Source: Macrostomum lignano (lineage: Eukaryota). Taken from it: a stretch of 64,000 nt of DNA. Both the position numbers and the translations under genes were made by a program. The stretch spans positions 1 to 64,000 of the forward strand of contig NIVC01002873.1 of NCBI GenBank assembly GCA_002269645.1, written 5' to 3'. This document shows positions 27,901-47,040 of this stretch, one piece after another. How positions within the stretch are numbered: position 1 is the first letter of the stretch; the number at the start of each line of letters is the position of its first letter. The notes beneath the pieces are model-generated. The model was given only the letters and a program-made list of their open reading frames with translations. It did not search any database and was not told where the DNA came from.

Positions 27901-29601
27901 CAGGGGCCGCGGATTCGGCGGCAGCGGTGGCAGGGGCCGCGGATTCGGCGGCGAAGGCGGCAGGGGCCGCGGATTCGGCGGCGAAGGCGGTAGGGGCCGC
28001 GGATTCGGCGGTGGCGGCGGCAGGGGTCGCGGTTTCGACAGCGGCGGCGAAGGCGGCGACGGGAGGGGCCGCGAATTCGGCGGCCGAGGGGGTCGCGGTC
28101 GCGGCGGCTTTGGCAGCGGACCGCCGCCCGGCATGGAGGCTGACGAGGTGCCGCCGCCAACTGAGGCTGGCGTAGAGTCCGCCCCTCTGGCCGATGCCGG
28201 GGCCGTCGAGCAAGTCGACGGTCGGCCTGCCGAGTTTGGCGGACGGCCACGCGGGCGCGGTGGCCGCGGCGGAGGACGCGGCCGCGGAGGTTTCGGTGGT
28301 CGCAGCGGCGGCGGCGGCGGTTTCAACCGCGGCCGAGAGTACGACAGGCGGTCGGGCTCGGCCACCACCGGAGTGAAGCCGGTCGAGAAGCGCGAGGGCT
28401 TCGGGGCACACAACTGGGGCAACGTGCGTGACGATATTGAGTGAGTTGTGTAGTAATTTTAGTTCGCTTCTAGTAGGATTTTGCCTCGAAATTCATTGCC
28501 TTGAACCTTGCCAAAATCAATGCAATATTTACAGTCGATAGCACACGCTCAGGTGCATAGCGGTCAGCTGACTCAAGATGTACACTCTCTGTGCTTTTGT
28601 GGGGGGGGGGGGCTGTCCCTCATCCAGACGTGAAGTCCTCAACAAGCCTTATGGGGGTAGTTTTCGTTAGAGGTCCCAGTTTTACTTAATATGTATTAGC
28701 GACTTGTGAAGTTTAGGTCTTGTGAAGTTTAGGTCTTGTGAAGTTTAGGTCTTGTGAAGTTTAGGTCTTGTGAAGTGAAGGTCTTGTGAAGTTTAGATTT
28801 TATTGAAAGTGAATGCTAAACTTTTAGGCGACGTGGAGTTAAGGTCTTGTGAAAGCGCCCCTCGTAGCCCACAGGCTCACTTTACATTGTCAGTTGTGGG
28901 TGTTATTGGCAGATCTATTAGAAATACAAATAAAGCACTGCTCGGGTTCATTGTCGCAGGGGCCAGCAGGAGCCTGTGGACGCCGCTGCCGGTCAACCGT
29001 CGGCTGCCGCGCCCGCCGCCGCGGACGACTGGGCGGACGCCGTCGAGCAGGAGCAGCAAGAGGCCAACGCGGAGGCCGGCGCCGCCCGCCAGCCATGATG
29101 ACCCTGGAGGAGTGGAAGCGGCAGCAAGCCGAGGACAGGGCCAAATTGTCCGGCGCTGGCGCCGCAGCCGCGGCCGCTAATGTCCGACGCGTCGATGCGT
29201 CGGGTTTCGGCGAGATGCGCCAATACAAGAAAGAGCGACCGCCGACCGACCTCGGCAACGACGGCGTCGAAGGTGGCGCCGGTGGCGCCGCCGCCGCTAC
29301 AGCTGGCGCCGCTTTTGTTCGCAAGCCGCAGATTGAGACGAATTTCTACGTGAATCCGGTCGCTGCCGAGGGCGGACGGGGCGGCGGCGGTGGCAGGGGC
29401 GGCCCTCGCGGCGGCGGCGGACGCGGCTACGGACGTCCAGATAGCGGCGGCCGAGGCGGTCCTCGCGGCGGCGGCGGCAGAGGCGGCGGATTTGGCCGCG
29501 GCGGCGGCGGCGGCGAAGGCTACGGCGGTCGTCGAGGCGGTGGTCGCCAGGCCGCTGCGGACTTCCACGTGCAGGACAGCGACTTTCCCCAGCTGGCCTA
29601 G
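25000..29601 (+). CDS. SERBP1: SERBP1/vig (HABP4/PAI-RBP1 family) RNA-binding protein, 3 exons
   Basis: Exons 25000-25267, 27339-28440, 28960-29601. N-terminal YSISTGNKYGFLIDHDEDP, then REYDRRSGS, KREGFGAHNWG, MTLEEWK and C-terminal DSDFPQLA motifs, plus RGG tracts. One apparent 1-nt frameshift at ~29085. Confidence 0.9.
26992..27070 (+). mobile_element. Truncated fragment of the CORE-type SINE
   Basis: ccttaagcaagacacttaactctgaattgcttcagttcacc matches the SINE core. Confidence 0.7.
28703..28796. repeat. 16-bp minisatellite cttgtgaagtttaggt
   Basis: About 6 tandem copies in SERBP1 intron 2. Confidence 0.9.
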
Positions 29602-31251
29602 GGGCAGCAGCTAATGCCGGTGACGTGAGACAAACTTATTGACGCCTGCGCGTATTGCCCTATTTTGATTATAACAAAGGCCAGATTAGACACATAGGCA
29701 GGGCTGTCAAGTTTTCTTGCTGGTTTGTTAATTCAATTAGCTTTGTTTTTTTTTAACCCTTTTGTTTGTTTTAATGTAGCGGCTAATCCTTAGCCCGATG
29801 CCTCCCTCTCTGCTGTACCCAGATTTGCTGTCCCAGCTGGTTCCACTGCCTAATTGTATAACTGCACTCGGCACCCCCCCCCCGTATGCAATATAAAACT
29901 GTTTCATCTTTTATGTTCTAATAATTTACTACTGATTAGTAGTCTGTTCGCGTATTGTTTAAATTATTTTTCTAATTAATAACTAAAGCTAAATTTAATT
30001 TTTTTCTAATTTCAAATAAAAGCATAACCGTTTAGCCTGTTATAAACTGCACGCACTACTAGCGAGTAACGTGTTGTCTAATCATACACATCTAATCATA
30101 TTTTATTGACAGTTTCAAAAGTTTTGCAGCTGTTTCCTTCTTGTTCTGTTTATTTGCAGTCTTATTTGTGTGCATAACAAACGGGTGGCATATTGAAGTT
30201 TTTATTCACTTTTAAAACAATTAGTTAACAATTCAATTGATTCCGTATGCTCCATTTGTTGTTGTTATCTCTTTTTTAACTAGCTTTTCCCGTATTACAA
30301 TGAGTTCTTTTTTGTCGCTGCTATTCATCAAGCCCCTGTCTGGTGTGTCTAGCTGTTCTCGTCCCCCGTTTATCTATATTTTTTCGTTTTTTGCTTTCAC
30401 ATGCTATTTTGAATCGCATCAAATTAGCAAGCGCGTCTCCTGTCCCTACTGACTACTGTTAGTAGGCGTATAAAAAAGCTGGCATTAGAATGACCTATCT
30501 TGTGCAGAGCGGTGTTGAGCCTGCCCCCAGTCGCTTAATTCTCATGCTGATACATTGATTATTTAAATTGCAAATATTGCAAAAGAAACAAAATTGAATA
30601 AAAGAGAAGCCCCTGTTGCTGTTCTGTTGGGCCGCGTCTTGTGGCTGGATTTGTTTCGCCGGAGGAACTGTTGATGAATGGAAAATGACTTAAACGATTT
30701 TACAGTCCCCCTGCCGGGGTGGAGTCGCTCTTATCTGTTGGACTTGAGTTCATTTCTGTTTCACCCATAGTGTAGGGAAATATGTCTTCTACATATCCTA
30801 GAGAGGACGGAAGCCTCTCTATCCAGCCCTCGGGTCCTTTGAAACTTTACAATAGCAATCCAGCCTGCTCAAGGTTTCTGTCTCTTCTCAGCTCTCTTCT
30901 CTCCCTTCTCTATTCCCCTCCCTCCCGTTGAAAACGATTTCGTAACAAGAATCACTAGGGAGGCATTGCAATCAACTCTCTAGTAGTAACTCTAGCGACT
31001 CTTGTGACTTTTCAAAACAACTGTTGGGTCACAAGCGCGTCATGCAAGTTGCAGAATCGAAAGAGTCTTCCTGGAATCGTTGTGTTGACGATTAACTTTC
31101 GCTAGAGATGTGGCTCTATATTCAATATTCATCAAGGGGTCGCAAATGCGCTTCAAACACAACTCCGTGACTACAGCGACTCAAAATACGACTCTACGGC
31201 CCTCTAGAGCTGCAGACAATTAAACGATTCAGCCTTCAAAGTGACTCTTTG

Positions 31252-31728
31252 ATACTTCTTGGCGACTTGTACCCTGCGTGCCGGACGACATCGAGGCTGC
31301 GATCTTGTGCCGAGGCGCTGATGGACAGGCGACAGAGCTTCCGCGTTGTACGGCAGTTCGTCTACCTCGGCGGTCTGGTTCCCGCGGCGTCCGCGAGGAT
31401 TTGCGGCGTCGCTGCGGGCTTGCCTGGGCTGCCTTTCGTTCTGTGAGGGCAATCCTGCAGTCCAAGGCCTTACCTGACCGCCAGAGGGCGGCGTTGTTCC
31501 AGGCGGTGATAGAGACCGTCTTGCTGTACAACGCCGAGACCTGGACGCTGAGGGAGTCGCTCGAGCTTTGTATCGCCGCGCCGGCCTGGTCCGTCCAAGC
31601 GACCTGTTGCGCCGTCGGCGACTCCAGCTGGCAGGCCACATCATCCGCGCCGAGTCGTACTGCCCAGAGCCGGTGCAGGAGGTGCTGTTGCTAACCCTGC
31701 AGGCACCCTACCGGCGGGGCCGGGCGCG
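31252..31728 (+). mobile_element. Degenerate 5'-truncated RTE-clade non-LTR retrotransposon fragment (C-terminal to the RT domain)
   Basis: Frameshifted peptides QFVYLGG, RRCGLAWAAF, ETVLLYNAETWTL and LLRRRRLQLAGHII are characteristic of the post-RT region of RTE-type LINEs. Confidence 0.8.
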
Positions 31729-32345
31729 CCCTGTGACGCAACTGCGTATTTTAGAGGTTTTACGTGTAGGTTCACGTGATAAAAAACGCAAAAATAAATC
31801 AAATAAACTCTGTTATTATTCTGCTATTTGTAGTGTATTTGCTACCTGCTTTATAATATATTTGTCTGAATAAACACTTCAGCTACTAGCGATATAATAA
31901 TAAATGTTTGAAGCATGCATTTATTAAATAATCAATGCTCTAAAACGTGTACATTTCGAGTTTAAATAAGCCCAATGTTTTATAACAGGCAGTCGCCATA
32001 TGGGTACTCTTATGACAAAAAAAGATTCTGTACAGTGTTTAAAATATGGAATATTGACTTCGCCGTGTTTACATTACAAGCGGTATAAATATAATTAACG
32101 ACAAACAAATATTAGGGTAATAAAACACTGTCCTGACCACCTGCTGACTTCTGCTGCCCATTTAAAAGCGATTTTATACACACAAAAAACTGGAATTGAC
32201 CGCGATTTGAATGAGAACCATGCTTTCATAGCGGCTTCTCTGCATTTAGCATGAAAATTAGAAGCAATTCAAGCAATATTTAATTTCGGGAAACTATATA
32301 GGTTTCTCGGAAAATTTTAGGACACTTTTCAAATATTTTAAGAAG

Positions 32346-32655
32346 AGCTGGTTGTAACCTATTGGTTAGAGGAGCGTCGGACTCACGGCTGAAAGGTCGG
32401 GGGTTCGATTCTCGACCACTCAGAACAATTTGTGTCCTTGAGCAAGACACTTAACTCTGCATTGCTTCAGTTCACCCAGCTGTAAAATGGGTGCCAGCAT
32501 TAGCTGGGGTAATTGAGGGTGTGCGGTGACCCCCCAGTCCTTGGACTGAACAGCCGTACGCAGCCTTCAGATGCGCCGAGCAATAGCTGCGGCTGAGCTG
32601 TCGGTTGCACATCTGACCATTAGGGCAGGTGTAATCAATTTTATTATTATTATTA
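32346..32655 (+). mobile_element. tRNA-derived CORE-type SINE, copy 2, with (TTA)n tail
   Basis: B-box ggttcgattc, the CORE-like segment, a body matching copy 1, and an end of tttattattattatt. Confidence 0.85.
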
Positions 32656-32699
32656 GGAAGCAGGTTCTACCGAAAAAACATTACAGTAGTGATATGATC

Positions 32700-32932
32700 G
32701 GTTTTCATTTCTCAGCAAATAGAATACTAATTTTTAAGCGAAAAGCTTTATGAATATCAACTAGAACTATAAGAAGGCAAGACATATCAAAAGATAAACA
32801 TTGGTTCTGCCTCCCATCAGAAGGAATAACAATTTTTATTGAAAAAATGAAAACCTCCCATCTCCATAATGTAGTTTTTCGGTAAACTTCTAAAATTTTA
32901 CAAGAAACGCACTTCCCATCCTTCCGTCCTTG
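32700..32932. mobile_element. Solo diverged arm of the foldback family
   Basis: cgaaaagctttat.aatatc...ataacaattttt...aaaatgaaaac...ccgtccttg aligns to the right arm at 19198-19408. Confidence 0.7.
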
Positions 32933-33500
32933 GCGCAAGCAATGAAAAAAGCAAAATTTTGATGGTTTAATAAATACAAACTATAACAATCGAGTTGCTC
33001 TACTGTTTTGAGTATAAGTAGTATATAGTATCAGTAGTCTGTTTTATACATGTATAACCACCCGCTGTTTCAGTTATTATACGCTATACATGTACATGTA
33101 CGAGTTACTGTTATATTTCACAGTCCTACATATCGCTACGCTGCATCCTGCTGGTCAAAAAACGAAGACTCACTCAGCTGCAGGACTCCTGAAATGATGG
33201 TGAATGCAAAAATGATGAGTTGGCCCCGTAAAGCTGATCTATTTGTTAAGTAGTGCTGAAGGTTAATTGGTTCCCGCGTACACTCATGCCTGATAGGAGA
33301 CTCGCCCTCGGAAACAAGCCTTCCAGACTCGCTCCTAAACTAAGCCACTTCCGAGACTTCTGGGTTTCCCCGCTCTCGGACCGCTTTTCAGTAGCATCCC
33401 AAACATTTTCAAATTCTTTTCTTCGCGCACTCCCGGGACTTGTCTGCTGGGTGGTGGCTAGGGTGGACTCGGTCCTAGCACCGTCCCTGATTCCACTTTT

Positions 33501-33800
33501 GGGTTGGCGGTGTCTTAGTCCATAGGCTTGGGTTGGCGGTGTCTTAGTCCATAGGCTTGGGTTGGCGGTGCCTTAGTCCATAGGCTTGGGTTGGCGGTGC
33601 CTTAGTCCATAGGCTTGGGTTGGCGGTGTCTTAGTCCATAGGCTTGGGTTGGCGGTGTCTTAGTCCATAGGCTTGGGTTGGCGATGTCTTAGTCCATAGG
33701 CTTGGGTTGGCGGTGTCTTAGTCCATAGGCTTGGGTTGGCGGTGTCTTAGTCCATAGGCTTGGGTTGGCGGTGTCGTAGTCCATAGGTTGGGTTGGCAGC
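33501..33800. repeat. 29-bp minisatellite gggttggcggtgtcttagtccataggctt, 10 copies
   Basis: Highly homogeneous tandem units embedded in a GC-rich segment that ends in (AAC)n at ~33930-33942. Confidence 0.95.
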
Positions 33801-34538
33801 TCCCCCTGGCCCAGACGTCAGGGTCTAACCTCGGGGTATCTCGGGCTACATGCCCCTGGTAGTGCCCCTCGGCGGCAGAGCACCTCCCAGGGCTGATCCG
33901 CGGGTAGCTCCCGGCTTCCCACCCCCGTTCAACAACAACAACATTCGTGCTATGGGCTGGAGCCCAAAAACAACTGACAGATCGATAAACTAAAAATGTG
34001 CCAATGCAAGTAACTACATTATACCTGACATTTTATTGATACTCTACTTGCAGTAAAAATATCAGAATATTCGAGTATAAAAAATTAATTCTAATTGGAA
34101 CATTTTTTGATACTATACTCTACTAACAGTTGAGGCATAGGTAAATACGCAAAAATAAATAATTCTATTGTTCAACACAGGTTCTTTGCTCGTAAAATTA
34201 ACCCCTTTTTGTCACGGAAACGACGAATATATAATGCCTAAGTACATGGGTCAAATTTTATTGCTGATATTTATACATTATTCTAAGGTTTATAGCCCGG
34301 ATTTTAGACCCAAAAATCCTTATCAAAAGTGCTTGCTCGACACAAAATGGCATTTGTTATATTTATCCAACTAATGCAATGCAGTCAGCAAAGTCAGCAA
34401 TATTACTTACAGTAGCAATATCGCCGTCTACGTCCAATTTTTGGTCGCTCTGAATCTGAAATGATCATTTTAGTTACTAATTTACTATGCAGCCTACTTA
34501 GTAAACAGTTTAAACAAAAGATTAAATTCTAAATCCAG

Positions 34539-42359
<7,821 letters not shown>

Positions 42360-42759
42360 TGCTTGCTTGTCTCTGTCGGATTCAATTAATAGCTATTAAC
42401 TTGGAACTGTGGAAGTTGGTGTTTGCGAGCACCGACTCAAGCAAGCACCGGTTTGCTCGATTGGCCACTTTTTTGCCTTGCTCCAGATTTTTATTAGTGA
42501 AAGAGTTTACAGCCCACACAGTGGAGACCAAAGGCACCTGTTGCTATCTTCTGTTTGCATGTTAGCGCGCCACCCCCCCCCCGCGAGCAGGGGTGGCCTC
42601 TCGGGGTCAACCAGCGTGTCTGACTCTCTCCGCCCAGCTCACTCAACTCTTCTCGCGTATCTTCTCCACCTCTCACTGACTCTGGCTGCTCTAATTAAAT
42701 AGGAGCATTTTTTCTGTGTGACACACACTCGAGAGTCAAAGTGACTAGCCCTATCTGTC

Positions 42760-43242
<483 letters not shown>

Positions 43243-44079
43243 TCCTCCACTGTCCTTGTCCTCGCATCATTCTGTCTGTCACTAAACATTGTTCATATTA
43301 TCCTGTTCTCCTCTCTCCTGGATCCCGTTGCGGAGTCGGGCAGCTGTGGTGGAGGCAGCGGATTTCCCGAGCCAGCCCTGCCAGGCCAAATGCCGACACA
43401 GAATATCCCACAGAAAATCCCAATCCCTTGAACACGAGGATTCCCTCAGAGATTCCCTCAGCCATCAGAGGTGCATGAAATTGGAAGAAAAGCTTGAAGC
43501 TCGGTGGAATAGCTGCTGGCTATTAACCCCAGCATGGCTAATCGACTTCATCCTGTGTTATCAAATCAAGCAATAAGATCGAGTTCCAGCATCTGCATGG
43601 CTGCGTGGCACAATTCAATGTAGCTATTTTAAAAAACTCCCCACTGGTTGTAAAGCAATTTTGTTGCAGAAATTCGCAAAGAAGAGTGGAAGAAGCCGAA
43701 GGTTGTTGCAGCCTGTTGCTTTACGGGTCCTTATCTCGACCTATTTTAATGCCAAACCCTCAGCATGCGCTAAAGATTCCAGCTGAAACCTGGAGCAAAC
43801 AGTGCTCTGAAAGCTACGGAAGAGGGGGGCATGTCGCAAAGGCTTGGCTGGGAGAGTTGACGGGAGAACTGTTCGCATAGAAATGTTACTGCTTGAGACT
43901 GTGCTTTTTCTGCTTTTTTATCGTTCGGCATTACGTTATATACTTGTAGATACTGTAAGTGCACTGTCGAGTGTTGTAGGGAATTTACAAAATTGACAGG
44001 CGCCATTGGTAAACCATGCTGTGAATAGTAAGCTTTAACCTGAGTCTGTGAGGAGCGAGACAAGAGAGTTGAGTGATTG

Positions 44080-44141
<62 letters not shown>

Positions 44142-44540
44142 AGGGAGTTGAGTGAGTGAGGAGAGAGAGGGAGAGAGAGACCAGGGAGTTGAGTGAGTGA
44201 CGAGAGAGAGGGACAGAGAGAGACCAGGGAGTTGAGTGAGTGAGGAGAGAGAGGGAGAGAGAGACCAGGGAGTTGAGTGAGTGACGAGAGAGAGGGACAG
44301 AGAGAGACCAGGGAGTTGAGTGAGTGAGGAGAGAGAGGGAGAGAGAGACCAGGGAGTTGAGTGAGTGAGGAGAGAGAGGGAGAGAGAGACCAGGGAGTTG
44401 AGTGAGTGACGAGAGAGAGGGACAGAGAGAGACCAGGGAGTTGAGTGAGTGAGGAGAGAGAGGGAGAGAGAGACCAGGGAGTTGAGTGAGTGAGGAGAGA
44501 GAGAGAGACCAGGGAGTTGAGTGAGTGAGGAGAGAGAGAC
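44080..44540. repeat. (GA)n tract followed by a 41/43-bp purine-rich minisatellite
   Basis: ccagggagttgagtgagtga... recurs at 44140, 44181, 44224 and onward. Confidence 0.93.
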
Positions 44541-46654
44541 GGGAATAGATATAGCAAATGAGATTAGAGAATTGAAACAATGGTGCACACACTAAAATGT
44601 GCTCAATGATTCAAGTTAACGGGCACATAGCTTACCAATAGAAACCGCAGGTAATACAAATCGTGAAGTTCGAGGAGACGAGGAGGCAAGTCAATAAATA
44701 TTTAGAATGCTGGCAGCATTGGAAAGTATGTAATCAAGTCCTGGGTACGCTCAGGCCAACAATATAAAAACAGCGAGTGTGGTGCATGGGGATTGGAATC
44801 TCGTGATATCCCCTAGCCCTCCCTCCCAGATCCTGCTGCCACAGCGATTCCATCTCTTCTCCTCCCATTCCTCCTTACCCTCGGCTGCCCACAGGCAAAA
44901 AAACGCGGTTGCCTGTACGTGAATTCAGGGGTAGAGAGAGGCAGAGGGGATGAAATCAATAAAACTAATGCTCCCCCAGTGCGGCCACTGCGAGCTGAGG
45001 CACATCTCTTGGGCGAGGGAGAAGAGTAGATGGGGCAGCGGGGTAGGAGCTACATTTGAACTCAACGCTCTGCGTGGACACTGTTCCCCATTTGGCCAGT
45101 ACAAAGCCTACTTGTACTTGAAGCTCGTATTATGAAAGGTTGTCCGCCTCAGGCCAACTCAAATACACATTTTCCCACTAGTCGTAAGCAGGGGGACGAG
45201 ATGCTTGAGTTCCTCTGAGTACATTTAGTAAGAGCTCACTCACTATAGGGATGACCCAGCCACTCAGACCCTGCCATCAGTTTCTCCATCCTGAAGCTTA
45301 TCCTATCTGGTCCAGTGTTAGCATTTTCTGAGCAAGCATTAATGCAAACAGAGGCCAGTCTGCTGGGAAGGGGATATTTGTTGGCAAATTCTGGAATCAC
45401 TAGAGGTGAACAATGATTATTGGGCTTCTGCTTTGACAGCTCTGCTGCAGTGATTCTCAGATAATGAGATGAAGCCGAGCACAGTGGGTGAGTTGCCCAT
45501 TAATTAGCCCAAGCTCCGACTGACTCTCAGCTCAAGCTCCGACTGAAACTATGAGCGTCAAAGACTTTAAGCAAAGCTGTACAACTATTGGCACAACCAG
45601 TCGGATCACACAGTTACATTCATTCCTAATGAAACAAAATGCGTCTCTCAACAGACTGCAAAAATGTTGCGACTTTTTTTGGCACACTGACTTTTTTCAT
45701 CACGTGCGCAGACACTTTGGATCGAGATTGTTTCCCACAGAAAAACGGCAAATCAAGTGTCTGTCTAGCCACCGTCTGAAAAAGTGCTCCCGTACTTGAC
45801 CTGAATGCAATTATTTTTTGGCTAGTCAAACCGGATCACGCTACTGAAAGTAGCAAAAGTATAAACTGTTTCATGCTTTCGAACGCAACTAATATCAATA
45901 ATGTCAAAAACAGATACAGCAAGTGGGCGCAATTGTGGACAGAGAGGTGGAAATTTCCCAAAGGTACGCACAACACGTACAACGCCGACTGCCTCAGACT
46001 TCAGACTTAGGTTTCCGACGGCAGGCAATAATGCAGAGAGCAAAACGAAACAAATTATAACAGTTATTACATATTTGAAACAATTTTGCATTAGTTTGGC
46101 GCCTCTGCGGGCAAGCCAAGAAATTGCGTTGCAGCGCGGAGATGACGAAATATTCGAAAATAACAAACTTTCACCATGCATTCATTGCCGTTGGATGGAC
46201 GAGCTACATAAGCCATGCTTCCACTAAGTAGTGAAGAAGCAGAATACAAAAGTGCTTGCTTTACTGGTTCTGGTTGAAAAAAATTCCTCCGGGTGGCTGC
46301 AGAAATTGTGTAGTATTGCAGATTTTGAAGTGGGAGGTTGGTAATGTAGGAAAGCAAGGCAATAAAATATAACCTTCATGATGCGTTCGAATTGCAAATT
46401 TAGTGCCGACAGACGATCGATGGCTGGGCTGTCTGCCGCTTAAAACTGCTTCACAGTCACTGTTGTTTTTTATACTTCGTTACAGTTTTGAAGACGATCT
46501 CTATATGAAACTCAAGAGGCAGGAAAACCTTTGTTATTAATGTGTGTATCACAGTGCAGTGCACAGCTATAGGCAATGAACCGCATTTTAACGAATCGCA
46601 TTCGGTGAATCAAGTTTCGTGAAGAACTTTCAGCGAACCGACTTAAGTGAATTA

Positions 46655-47040
46655 CTGAAGTGAATTGTATTGAGTGAATCGTGTTGAGTGAATCCTGTTG
46701 AGTGAATTGTATTGAGTGAATCGTGTTGAGTGAATCCTGTTGAGTGAATTGTATTGAGTGAATCGTGTTGAGTGAATCCTGTTAAGTGAATCGTGTTGAG
46801 TAAATCGTGTTGAGTAAATCGTGTTGAGTGAGTCCTGTTGAGGGAATCGTGTTGAGTGAATCCTGTTTAGGGAATCGTGTTGAGTGAATCCTGTTTAGGG
46901 AATCGTGTTGAGTAAATCGTGTTGAGTGAGTCCTGTTGAGGGAATCGTGTTGAGTGAATCCTGTTTAGGGAATCGTGTTGAGTAAATCGTGTTGAGTGAA
47001 TCGTGCAGAGTGAATCTTGTTGAGTGAATCCTGTTAAGTG
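46655..47040. repeat. 14-bp minisatellite gagtgaatc(g/c)tgtt
   Basis: Tandem 14-mers, initially arranged as a 42-bp three-variant unit. Confidence 0.92.

Noticed and set aside
27273-28422. Four 296-337-aa ORFs overlapping SERBP1 exon 2
   Set aside because: Antisense and off-frame shadows of a very GC-rich exon. Only the RGG frame carries family motifs and splices correctly.
45822-46181. ORF with a hydrophobic stretch resembling a signal peptide
   Set aside because: AT-rich codon usage unlike local genes, no splice partner and no motif.
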